Below, piece after piece: positions 24,799 through 36,019 of a DNA stretch of 64,000 nt (positions are counted from its first letter, which is position 1; each line of letters starts with the position of its first letter). Location of the stretch: NCBI RefSeq assembly GCF_006345805.1, contig NC_043014.1, positions 6,820,001 through 6,884,000 of the forward strand, in the 5' to 3' direction. Source of the DNA: Octopus sinensis. Lineage: Eukaryota. Made by a program: the position numbers and the translations under genes. The notes under the pieces were generated by a model, which did not search any database, had not been told where the DNA came from, and was given only the letters and a program-made list of their open reading frames with translations.

Positions 24799-24800
<2 letters not shown>
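24690..24800 (+). repeat. Family G repeat fragment (related to 42560 and 48130)
   Basis: GATCCGGTTCTTGACTGAAGAC..GGTTTCGAATG is the reverse complement of the 42612 motif. Confidence 0.5.
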
Positions 24801-24829
<29 letters not shown>

Positions 24830-24833
24830 CTTT

Positions 24834-25233
24834 CTCTTTTACTTGTTTCAGTCATTTGACTGCGGCCATGCTGGAGCACCACCTTTAGTCGAGCAACTCG
24901 ACCCCGGGACTTATTCTTTGTAAGCCCAGTACTTATTCTATCGGTCTCTTTTGCCGAACCGCTAAGTGACGGGACGTAAACACACCAGCATCGATTGTCA
25001 AGCAATGCTAGGGGGACAAACACAGACACACAAACACACACGCACACACACACATATATATACATATGTACGACGGGCTTCTTTCAGTTTCTGTCTACCA
25101 AATCCACTCACAAGGCTTTGGTCGGCCCGAGGCTATAGTAGAAGACACTTGCCCAAGGTGCCACGCAGTGGGACTGAACCCAGAACCATGTGGTTGGTAA
25201 GCATGCTACTTACCACACAGCCACTCCTGTGCC
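24834..25233 (-). mobile_element. SINE family A
   Basis: Full reverse-complement copy. Confidence 0.85.
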
Positions 25234-25265
<32 letters not shown>

Positions 25266-25268
<3 letters not shown>

Positions 25269-25382
25269 TGGTTGTATACTGTTAACTTAACGTGACAGTC
25301 CCATAAAGGCAATTACACCACCGCTGTTTAGCCTAGGAAGCATCGACGCTTCTTGTCGGCCTTGACGCATTTCCTGTGTCTT

Positions 25383-25420
<38 letters not shown>

Positions 25421-25629
25421 ATAATATATATATATATACGAAGGGGAGACAAACACCCCCAACAGCTAGGCCTGCTGTTGGGGGTGTTTGTCTCCCCTTC
25501 GTATATATATAAGGACACGGGAAATGCGTCAAGGCGAACAAGAAGCGTCGATGCTTCCTAGGGCTAAACAGCGGTGGTGTAATTGCCTTTATGGGACTGT
25601 CACGTTAAGTTGACAGTATACAACCATTC
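25266..25629. mobile_element. Fold-back (near-perfect palindromic) element, MITE-like
   Basis: Arms GAGTGGTTGTATACTG...CCCCAACAGC and GCTGTTGGGG...CAGTATACAACCATTC around a 7 nt loop (25467-25473); the left arm carries a (TA)n expansion. Confidence 0.8.
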
Positions 25630-25681
25630 TATCACTCCACCACCACTCATATCTCTATGAGATATTTACAAATTTAATATT

Positions 25682-25729
<48 letters not shown>

Positions 25730-25951
25730 TATTTCTAAATTTCGGTGTGTGGTGAGGCAAATCGTTGCTAAACCCTTAATTACTTAGTATTACTTAAACT
25801 TTCCTCGTATGAGGCTTTTACATGCCGAAATCTACTTGGTGAAATTAATGATTATTCCAAATTGATTAATTTCACCCTATATTATTACTTATGTATATAG
25901 CATGGAGAACGGACGTTAAACGACGATGATGATGATGATGATATATATATG

Positions 25952-26024
<73 letters not shown>

Positions 26025-26784
26025 ATATGTATATATGTATATATATATATATATTATATATATATATATTTGTAAAAAATGAAGTTCGAAAATGCTGCTG
26101 TTTTATACAATTTTTAATTTTTATATATACATTATAACATGTTTCAGTTCCTGAAATGAACCTTATCAAAAAAGTTATATATAAAAAAAGAGACAGCTCA
26201 TGCCGTCAAACACAAGAAATTCATTATAATACACAACGGAGTCAGACATCTTAGAGTTCATGTATAGTTGATATATAGTTCATGTATAGTTGATATATAG
26301 TTTGAAGTATATGTTCAAAGTGTTCGATGCAGTGGCCCACGGTGGTATACGTATTCAATACAAAAAACAGATCAAAGTGGTGGAAAGCGGTCAATACAGA
26401 AGATTGATGTTTCCGAAAGAGCGAGGAATTCATTTTTACCTTAAGCAATTGTGATGACCCATGGTGGAAGTTCGCTGGGTGGTTCTAGTGATTTTTTGTG
26501 AAATGCTCGGTTTTATAATGCCTGTTAGGTGGTCAATCTAGCGTAGCATGACGTCATCAATGTTTTGACCAATCGTTTCGTTAGGTGGCTTTAATCAAGT
26601 GGAACGGGACGTCATCATTATTTTGACCAATCGCTGCATTATAACTCCCTCTTGTTTGTTTCCTGTCTTGACCAGTCGCTTCGTTAATCCATTTGTCTGT
26701 CCTTGTTTGTCCTCTCTGTGTTTAGCCCCTCGTGGGTAGTAAAGAAATAGATAAGGCAAATAACCCTTTAGCAGTTAAACCATC

Positions 26785-26824
26785 CACTTTAGATGAGTTG
26801 TAGTGCACCTGAGCACTGTACACA

Positions 26825-26857
<33 letters not shown>
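26785..26857 (+). mobile_element. Extremely 5'-truncated copy of the CR1-group LINE 3' end
   Basis: CACTTTAGATGAGTTGTAGTGCACCTGAGCACTGTACACA(ATT)n is identical to the 3' UTR at ~21123. Confidence 0.85.
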
Positions 26858-26858
<1 letters not shown>

Positions 26859-26895
26859 CTGCTCAAAATATTCAGCCTTTTTTAAGTCCAAACTA

Positions 26896-27261
26896 GCTAG
26901 ATCAGGCCTCTCGCTCCTACCCTACAATGTCATTCTAAAAATAAACAATCACATCATTGAAATTTCCAAGTTAAGAGATAATGCATGATTAATTCAAAAC
27001 AAAGCCAGATCCTGCCTCTCACACCTACCCTACAATGTCATTCTAAAAATAAACAATCACATCATTGAAATTTCCAAGTTAAGAGATAATGCATGATTAA
27101 TTCAAAACAAAGCCAGATCCTGCCTCTCACACCTACCCTACAATGTCATTCTAAAAATAAACAATCACATCATTGAAATTTCCAAGTTAAGAGATAATGC
27201 ATGATTAATTCAAAACAAAGCCAGATCCTGCCTCTCACACCTACCCTACAATGTCATTCTA
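26896..27261 (+). repeat. 108 bp tandem repeat, ~3.4 units
   Basis: GCCAGATCCTGCCTCTCACACC recurs at 27004, 27112 and 27220; no spacers. Confidence 0.92.
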
Positions 27262-27421
27262 GTGTAGTCTGAATGCTAAAGGGTTAATGATATGAATCCA
27301 TCAGGAGTTACTGTTGAGATGCTTAAAATATCTGGCAGCATAGGATACAGACTGGTCACCTATATAGTTAATCAGGACATTTGGGAAGGTGCCATCCCTT
27401 CATGACGGGTGTAACAGCATC

Positions 27422-27839
27422 AAGGTGGTGAGCTGGCAGAAATGTTAGCACGCCGGGCGAAATGCGTAGCCGTATTTCATCTGCCGTTATGTTCTGTGTT
27501 CAAATTCTGCCGAGGTTGACTTTGCCTTTCATCCTTTTGGGGTCAATAAATTAAGTACCAGTTACGCACTGGGGTCGATCTAATCCGACTTAATCCGTTT
27601 GTCTGTCCTTGTTTGTCCCCTCTGTGTTTGGCCCCTTGTGGGTAGTAAAGAAATAGGTATTCCGTCTGCCACTATGTTCTGAGTTCAAATTCCACCAAGG
27701 TCGACTTTGCCTTTCATCCTTTCAGGGTCGATAAATTAAGTACCAGTTACGCACTGGGGTCAATCTAATCAACTTAATCCGTTTGTCTGTTCTTGTTTGT
27801 CCTCTCTGTGTTTGGCCCCTTGTGGGTAGTAAAAAAATA
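27422..27839 (+). mobile_element. SINE family B, full copy plus one head-less unit, with a 13 bp TSD
   Basis: TSD GGTGT(A/A)(A/G)CAGCAT: GGTGTAACAGCAT at 27408-27420 and GGTGTAGCAGCAT at 27840-27852; junction at 27656/27657. Confidence 0.85.
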
Positions 27840-28535
27840 GGTGTAGCAGCATTATAGCCAGCTGCTACAAAGGTAGGGGAGATGAATTAGATAAAAGTAA
27901 TTACAGGTACATGAAATTACTGGGCCAGATCATGATGGTTATAGAAAGCATCAGAGCCCAATTGATTAAGAACAGAATGAAGTGCAGGTTGGCTTTGTAC
28001 AGGGGAGAAGCACTACTGATGCTGTCTTTAAAGTCAGATAAATGCGGAAGTATTTGGCTAAGAATAAACCATTGGTGGAAGCCTTCAACAGAGTATCCTC
28101 CTGTGTGTGATATGGTGAGCTGTGGGGAAGCTAGGAGTAGACAAGTGGCTTGTGAAAGCTGTACAGAGGTTCCGTTAGTAAGCTGAGAGTGAACCATGAG
28201 TATAGTAGTAAATCCAGTGTGTGAGTTGGTGTTCATCAGGGTTTGGCTCTCAGTCCCCTCCTATTCATCATTGTCTTCCAGGCCATAACACAGGAATTGA
28301 AAACCAGCTGCTTCTGGGAACTGCTATATGCTGATGATCTTGTTCTCAGAGCAGATTCTGTAATAGAACTATATAAGAAATTCCAAGCATGGAACCAAAC
28401 CTGGAATCAAAGGTCCTAAAGGTTAACTAAGGAAAGACCAAGGTCTGAGCAAGCAGAAAAACAGACAAGACCCTATCCTCTTCGTGTAAATAGCCCTATT
28501 TCATATGTAGGAAAGGTGCAAGCAGGAATTCCATA

Positions 28536-29018
28536 GGCGCAGGAGTGGCTGTGTGGATAGGCGCAGGAGTGGTTGTGTGGCAAGTAGCTTGCTAACCTGT
28601 GTGCTGCCCTTGTGGGAAATTAAATGAAATAAAGTAGCTTGCTAACCAACCACACAGTTCCAGGTTCAGTCCCACTGCGTGGCACCTTGGGCAAGTGTCT
28701 TCTACTATAGCCTCGGGCCGACCAAAGCCTTGTGAGTGGATTTGGTAGACGGAAACTGAAAGAAGCCCGTCGTATATATGTATATATATAAATGTGTGTG
28801 TGTGTGTGTGTCTGTGTTTGTCCCCCTAAGCATTGCTTGACAACCGATGCTGTTGTGTTTATGTCCCCGTTACTTAGCGGTTCGGCAAAAGAGACCGATA
28901 GAATAAGTACTAGACTTACAAAGAATTAGTCCTGGGGTCGATTTGCTCGACTAAAAAAGGCGGTGCTCCAGCATGGCCACAGTCAAATGACTGAAACAAG
29001 TAAAAGAGTAAAAGAGTA
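28536..29018 (+). mobile_element. SINE family A with a rearranged, duplicated head
   Basis: The head segment ATAGGCGCAGGAGTGG is repeated; AAGTAGCTTGCTAACC is repeated around a short insert. Confidence 0.85.
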
Positions 29019-29486
29019 TGGTGTATCCCATGCAAGCTATGGCCACACAAGGGGTACAGTGGAATATTAAGAAGGTTAACAGAGAAATTAATGTTTGTAT
29101 ATGGAAGATGCACAGAAGACATTAAGTCATCTAATATGCAGGAAAACGATTTTCTGAAATACCCCAGAGGTTCCCTAGAGGTAATGAATAAATTTTTGCT
29201 ACCTAAGGGACCTAATTAGGAAGTTGTATGAATGTACGGAAAGTGTGATAGCTGGAAGAAGAAGAAGATGATGATGGAGAAAATTCAGAGCTTTTACCTT
29301 CGTTATCAGCCAAGGGTTTCTCTCTCCAAGTGAAAAGAAGATTTTAGGACCCATTTGTACAAAGAGCAATGCCATATGATAGTGAGATGTGGGCCCTGAA
29401 TGCAGAAGACATGCAAAGGCTATAGAGGAATGAAGCTAGTATCCTCCGCTGGATGTGCAATGATAACATACATGTGTTGCTCACCT

Positions 29487-30000
29487 TCTTCCCCTTTTTT
29501 CTCCCCTTTTTTCCAGGGGAGGTCTCTCCCTCCTCGCCAACCTCCATCTCTCCTTCCGGAAGAGCAGGGGGGATTTTCTACAACCAACTTCTCCAGGACC
29601 CTACTCTGGTCCCGGGGACAGTTCTTTTTGATGTGGCCCGGTTCCAGGTACAGGTGACACTTGGCGGTGGGGGGGGGTCGTCCCTCAAGAATCACTGGGT
29701 ACCTGCACCCAGCCATTTTGAAAAAATCTGGAAAAACCAGATTCTTGGCTGATTGAGTCCACAGGGTCAACACAGCTTTTGGCCCAACCCAATCAGTAGC
29801 TGGCAAAATTTTCACATTGAGGAGCTTGGCTCCGCTGCCACCCAGACCCTGGCGGATAGTCTCCTGGGTGGCAAGTAGAAAGAAGACAAGAAACAGTTAA
29901 GAAACACAGCAAATTCTTCTGGCTGTCCTGATACTCCTGGCCAACTGGGTACTCCTCCTGGGGCACAAAACAGTCACAAAAATTATCACAATTTTCGGAG
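29487..30000 (-). mobile_element. Degenerate gag-like LINE ORF1 fragment with a CCHC zinc knuckle
   Basis: ORF 29420..29815 contains GRPP..AKCHLYLEPGHIKKNCP (C-x2-[C>Y]-x4-H-x4-C) followed by a basic, low-complexity stretch. Confidence 0.5.
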
Positions 30001-30200
30001 GGACACGCCCCCAAAACATACTTCTCACTGCTAAGTAAGACTTTAAAAACAGCCACAGGCAGACAGATGTGTAGAATTCAGTGGAGATTTCTTGTTTAAC
30101 AAAAATAAAAAACATGAGCAACAAACCCCCACTGAATCCCCGACCAAAAAACAAATGTCTTACCTGGTAGTTGTGCTTCGATAATTCACAATGTTGGTAT

Positions 30201-30586
30201 GTGGAAGCACTCCGTCGATTACGACGATGAGGGTTCCGGTTGATCCGATCAACGGAACAGCCTGCTCGTGAAATTAACGTGTAAGTGGCTGAGCATTCCA
30301 CAGACACGTGTACCCTTAACGTAGTTCTCGGGGATATTCAGCGTGACACAGAGAGTGACAAGGCCGGCCCTTTGAAATACAGGTACAACAGAAACAGGAA
30401 GTAAGAGTGAGAGAAAGTTGTGGTGAAAGAGTACAGCAGGGATCACCACCATTCCCTGCCGGAGCCTCGTGGAGCTTTAGGTGTTTTCGCTCAATAAACA
30501 CTCACAATGCCCAGTCTGGGAATCGAAACCGCGATCCTATGACCGCGAGTCCGCTGCCCTAACCACTGGGCCATTGCGCCTCCGCT
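30201..30586 (-). mobile_element. SINE family F (tail F1), full length, 13 bp TSD
   Basis: Head GGAGGCGCAATGGCCCAGTGGTTAGGG...GGTTTCGATTCCC; TSD ACAATGTTGGTAT at 30188-30200 and 30587-30599. Confidence 0.88.
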
Positions 30587-30785
30587 ACAATGTTGGTATA
30601 CAAAGATGTGACTCCAGCAGTGAAGAAAAACATGTCCACACAGTAGTGAGGGAATGAGCTTCTTACCACACAGCCACCCCTGGGCCTATATTGTGTAGGG
30701 AACAATATTTGGTCTCTTTGAGAACAAAAACTCTCTAGTGATGGTGCCAAGATAAATGTATCCGATATACAATTACAGTTAACAT

Positions 30786-31142
30786 GCCAGGCGAAATGCT
30801 TAGCGGTATTTGATCTGCCATTATGTTCTGAGTTCAAATTCCGCCGAGGTCGACTTTGCCTTTCATCCTTTCGGGGTCGATAAATTAAGTACTAGTTACG
30901 CACTGGGGTCGATATAATCGACTTAAACCGTTTGTCTGTCCTCGTTTGTCCTCTCTGTGTTTAGCCCCTGGTGGGTAGTAAAGAAATAGGTATTTGATCT
31001 GCCATTATGTTCTGAGTTCAAATTCCGCTGAGGTCAACTTTGCCTTTCATCCTTTCGGGGTCAATGTAATTGATTTAATCCCTTTGTCTGTCCTTGTTTG
31101 TCCCGTCTATTTTTAAACCCCCACTGTAGGCAATAAAGAAAT
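30786..31142 (+). mobile_element. SINE family B, two tandem units
   Basis: Junction AAAGAAATAG|GTATTTGATCTGCC at 30989/30990. Confidence 0.85.
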
Positions 31143-31460
31143 AAATATATAAGCACAGCTGGTGGAGTTAGAAAGGGAACAATTTAGTCTTTCTGGCTTT
31201 ATAATGCATAAATATAAATTAATATTTAGCAGAAACTTGATCCTGTCTAGCAGTGAATCTGAATAAGAAATGAATGGGTTCCATGCAGGAATGTAAAATG
31301 CAAAATTTAGGTTAGTTAAAATAGGTTTGTAACATATTTCAACTGCTAAAAGGCAAAGACATTACAGTTACCATGGAGAAAATAACTTTTCATTGTCATC
31401 ACCTGTTTTGTTAGATGGCAACACTGAACAGACCGGGTGGCAGTTTAAAGTCATACCTAT

Positions 31461-31491
<31 letters not shown>

Positions 31492-31495
31492 ACTT

Positions 31496-31598
31496 GAGCC
31501 TGGTGCAGCCCCTGGCTTCCCAGACCCCGGTCGAACCGTCCAACCCGTGCTAGCGCGGAAAACGGACGTTAAACGATGATGATGATGATAATGATGAT
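31496..31598 (+). mobile_element. Family C 3' fragment
   Basis: GAGCCTGGTGCAGCC...GGACGTTAAACGATGATGAT. Confidence 0.7.
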
Positions 31599-31616
31599 AT
31601 ATATATATTATATATA

Positions 31617-31781
31617 GGCGCAGGAGTGGCTGTGTGGTAAGTAGCTTGCTAACCAACCACATGGTTCTGGGTTCAGTCCCACTGCGTGGCATCTTGGGCA
31701 AGTGTCTTTTACTATAGCCCCGGGCCGACCAAAGCCTTGTGAGTGGATTTGGTAGATGGAAACTGAAAGAAGCCTGTCGTA

Positions 31782-31866
<85 letters not shown>

Positions 31867-32071
31867 TTGTGTGTCTGTGTTTGTTCCTCTAGCATTGCTT
31901 CACAACCGATGCTGATGTGTTTACGTCCCTGTCACTTAGCGGTCCGGCAAAAAGAGACTGATAGAATAAGTACTGGGCTTACAAAAAGAATAAGTCCCGG
32001 GGTCGACTAAAGGCGGTGCTCCAGCATGGCCGCATTCAAATGACTGAAACAAGTAAAAGAGTAAAAGAGTA
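31617..32071 (+). mobile_element. SINE family A
   Basis: Full copy with an expanded internal (TA)n. Confidence 0.85.
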
Positions 32072-32878
32072 TATAAAATCCGTTCTGTCTGTCTGTGTGT
32101 GTGTGTGTCTTCTAGGATCTCGGGTATCCTCCATCCGATTGCGCTCAAATTTGATATATAGATACCAACGGTATCAGGGCATGTATAAGTCTTGAAAAAA
32201 TTACTTTAAACTCTTCAGTTGCATATTTATGTGAATAAAATCGTTTTTCTTTGGAATAGAAAAAAAGTCTATCTTTATTTCTTCTTTTGCTGGTGTCTCA
32301 AATTTAGGTCAAATCAGTGTTTCTCAAAGGGGAGGCCTATGGGACGGTCGGACAAGTTGTTTTTGAGAAAATTTGGTTTAAATGTTTATCAACTCAGCAC
32401 CGTCCATTGGACGGTGGGGGGGGGGGGCGTTTTGATATATATATATATATGTATATATCAAAATAAGCAACAAGGATATCCAGAGGTAATGCAGTATTAC
32501 CTCTGGATATCCTTGATTTTAATCACCTTACTTTGAAATTGTATTGATAATACCATACTAAGTTCTGGGGCATCAACATAAGTACCATATTCATCTGAAT
32601 CTATATATATATACGTTTATATATGTATGTATGTATATATATACACACACACTCACACACACACAGACGTTAAATATATATATACATATATACAAAATTA
32701 GAAAATGGAGAAACATACTTAAATCAATCAAACATCAACCATCAGATGATACCCAATCAATACTTTATTACACCATTACATAACAGCAAAGACATTATAC
32801 AAAATATATTGTAAATATAATTAGACAAGGAAATAGAAATATAAAATACAATTACATCATATCTGACAGCTGTTTATA

Positions 32879-33277
32879 TTCTTTTACTTGTTCCAGTCAT
32901 GTGAGTGTGGCCGCCTTTAGTCGAATCAAATCAACCCCAGGACTTATTCTTAGTAAGCCTAGGACTTTTTCTATCGGTCTCTTTGCCAAATTGCTAAGTT
33001 ACGGGGACATAAACACACCAGCATCGGTTGTCAAGTGATGCTGGGGGGGGGGGGACAGACACAGATACACAATATATGCACACACACATACACATATATA
33101 TACATATATATACGACCGGCTTCTTTCAGTTTTCCATCTACCAAATCCACTCACAAGGTTTTGGTTGGCCTGAGGCTATAGTAGAGGACACTTGCCCAAG
33201 GTGCCATGCGGTAGGACTGAACCTGTAACCATGTGGTTGAGTAAGCAAGCTACTTGCCACACAGCCACTCCTGCACC
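32879..33277 (-). mobile_element. SINE family A (more diverged)
   Basis: Reverse-complement copy. Confidence 0.8.
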
Positions 33278-33282
33278 TATAT

Positions 33283-33756
33283 ATCATCATCATCATCATC
33301 ATCGTTTAATGTCCGCTTTCCATACTAGCATGGGTTGGACGGTTCAACTGGGGTCTGGGAAGCCAAAAGGCTGCACCAGGCTCCAGTCTGATCTGGCAGT
33401 GTTTCTACAGCTGGATGCCCTTCCTAATGCCAACCACTCCGTGAGTGTAGTGGGTGCTTTTTACGTGCCACTGGCACATGTGCCAGGAAAGGCTGGCAGT
33501 GGCCACGATCAGTTGGTGCTTTTTATGTGCCACCGGCACAGAAGCCAGTCAAGGCAGTGCTGGCATTGGCCACGTTCGGGTGGTGCTTTTTACGTTCCAC
33601 CGGCACAGGTGCCAGGGGAGTCTGGCAGCGGACACGATGGGTTGGTGCTTTTTACGTTCCACCGGCACAGGTGCCAGGGGAGTCTGGCAGCGGCCACGAT
33701 GGGTTGGTGCTTTTTACGTGCCACTGGCACAGAAGCCAGTCGAGGCGGCGGTGGCA
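33283..33756 (-). mobile_element. Family C copy with five internal subrepeats
   Basis: (ATC)n tail; GGTGCTTTTTA(C/T)GT(G/T)CCAC(C/T)GGCAC x5. Confidence 0.78.
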
Positions 33757-33860
33757 CATATATATACATATAGGTAAGTACAATCCAGGGATCCAAGTTT
33801 AGGAAGTTAGTAAACTTTAAACATTTATGTGGCTGAAACAGATGACAAAAAGTCGCCAAT

Positions 33861-34260
33861 AGCGCAGGAGTGGCTGTGTGGTAAGTAGCTTGTTTACCAA
33901 CCGCATGGTTCCGGGTTCAGTCCCACTGCGTGGCACCTTGGGCAAGTGTCTTCTACTATAGGCCCGGGCCGACCAAAGCCTTGTGAGTGGATTTGGTAGA
34001 CGGAAACTGAAAGAAGCCTGTCGTATATATGTATATATATATATATGTATGTGTGTGTTTGTGTGTCTGTGTTTGTCCCCCTAGCATTGCTTGACAACCG
34101 ATGCTGGTGTGTTTACGTGCCCGTCACTTCACGGTTCAGCAAAAGAGACTGATAGAATAAGTACTGGGCTTACAAAGAATAAGTCCCGGGGTCGACTAAA
34201 GGTGGTGCTCCAGCATGGCCGCAGTCAAATGACTGAAACAAGTAAAAGAGTAAAAGAGTA
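33861..34260 (+). mobile_element. SINE family A
   Basis: Full copy. Confidence 0.85.
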
Positions 34261-34604
34261 ATAAACAATAAAATATGTTTATTTACATCATAAGTTATAC
34301 ACCTTTTCCTGTGTCAAAATGTTGGAGTCACCATACAACTGGCAACTGAAACTGCTAAAAATACAAATAAAAATCCAAAACTTAAGGAGTGGAACAAGTA
34401 AAGCTGGAACTACAATTGTTTCATAGCTAAGTGAAGTTTATTACCTCAGGATATCCTTGTTGCTTATTTTCATTTTAATCACCTTACTTTCAAAAAACTA
34501 GTTTATGTAAGCACCCAGTACATACTGAATGGGAGGCCTTCTTTGTGCCACCAGCACTAGTGAAATTGGCAAGTTAAATGGTGATGAGGATGATAATATG
34601 TGTG

Positions 34605-34767
34605 TAGATAGATGGATGGATGGATGGAGGGAGGGACGGAGGGACGGACGGACGGACGGTTGGGCGGACGGACAGACAGACAGACAGACAGATAGATAGA
34701 TAGATGGACGGAGGGGCGGACGGAGGGGCGGACGGACGGACGGACAGACAGACAGACAGACTTACAT

Positions 34768-34821
<54 letters not shown>

Positions 34822-34880
34822 GGACGGACGGACGGACGGACGGACGGACGGACGGACAGACAGACAGACAGATAAATAGA
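34605..34880. repeat. (GGAT)/(GGAC)/(GACA)/(GATA) compound microsatellite
   Basis: Seen directly. Confidence 0.92.
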
Positions 34881-35060
34881 TATGTTAATCCAATATTGCT
34901 TCTATTGCATATAACAGACTTTTATTCAGTTAGGCGGCAATTTTCAACATCAGTGATTTTTTTTTCGCGCCGTTTTCCAACATATCAGTGCTGAGAAATA
35001 TTGTCTAAGCATGCTGATTATAAATACACATAACTGACAATGCCCAACGAAGCAGATATG

Positions 35061-35482
35061 TATTTACTCTTTTACTCTTTTCTCTTTTACTTGTTTCAGT
35101 CATTTGACTGCGGCCATGCTGGAGCACCGCCTTTAGTCGAGCAAATCGACCCCGGGACTTATTCTTTGTAAGCCCAGTACTTATTCTATCGGTCTCTTTT
35201 GCCGAACCGCTAAGTGACGGGGACGTAAACACACCAGCATCGGTTGTCAAGCAATGCTAGGGGGACAAACACAGACACACAAACATATACACACACACAT
35301 ATATATATATACATATATACGACAGGCTTCTTTCAGTTTCCGTCTACCAAATCCACTCACAAGGCATTGGTCGGCCCGGGGCTATAGCAGAAGACACTTG
35401 CCCAAGATGCCACGCAGTGGGACTGAACCCGGAACCATGTGGTTGGTTAGCAAGCTACTTACCACACAGCCACTCCTGCGCC
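35061..35482 (-). mobile_element. SINE family A
   Basis: Full reverse-complement copy. Confidence 0.85.
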
Positions 35483-36019
35483 ATTTAGCGAACAAATACT
35501 GTAGTAAATTTATCTATCACGATGTTTTACATTAAGTTTATTACGTAAATTGATATATAAGTCAACAGTAGTTTTGCAGCAGGTAACGAATGAGTACAAT
35601 ATATATTTTCTCTGCTAAATCTATTTTTCCTATCCAAAGTAGATGATGTTATCGCCAACACAAGTTGTAAACAATAACATAAAACTTGACATCCCTGGTC
35701 TTACATGTCTGTGAGAGAGCTATAAGTGTGCTTGTAACCCGACCACTTATTTACGTGTCTTCTTACGAACTCGCACGACCATCGTCCTAGAAAATGAAAC
35801 CTTGCTTCTATTTTCGCAGGAAAAAAAAAGTCTGATGCAGAAACGACGTGAGGGTATATTCAAAGTATTTATGTCAAATATTGTTACCACCAACCACCAA
35901 GTTAACTATAGTTAATTTCCTTGATATAAGTTGACTTTTATTGCGTATATTTCATCGCTTGTAACATTCAAAACCATAAATAAAAGGAAACATCTACATG
36001 ACCACCACACCAGCGTTTT

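Larger units (their letters stand above)
26764..27283. mobile_element. piggyBac-type MITE carrying nested insertions
   Basis: TIR CCCTTTAGCA / TGCTAAAGGG; flanks ATAA (left) and TTAA (right). Confidence 0.65.
27290..29475 (+). mobile_element. Degenerate RTE-clade LINE RT region, interrupted by SINE B and SINE A
   Basis: PSGVTVEMLKISG...IP.DW...CYKGRGD...NYR.MKLL, GF..GRSTTDA, GVHQGLALSPLLF, LLYADDLVL (YADD at 28327-28338), and later AMPYDSEMWA...RNEASILRWMC; many stops and frameshifts. Confidence 0.82.

Noticed and set aside
26896-27261. Regular direct repeats resembling a CRISPR array (also the family C subrepeats and SINE B arrays)
   Set aside because: Units are contiguous with no unique spacers, there are no cas genes, and the context is eukaryotic.
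30510-30586. tRNA-like sequences at the heads of families A, B and F
   Set aside because: A/B boxes are present but acceptor and anticodon stems do not close, and each runs into a SINE body, so these are not tRNA genes. No anticodon assigned.
31250-31460. Possible short host exons on the minus strand (also ~34320-34370 and ~41880-41990)
   Set aside because: Short open frames with plausible AG/GT sites, but no recognisable protein similarity and weak acceptors; transcript data would be needed.
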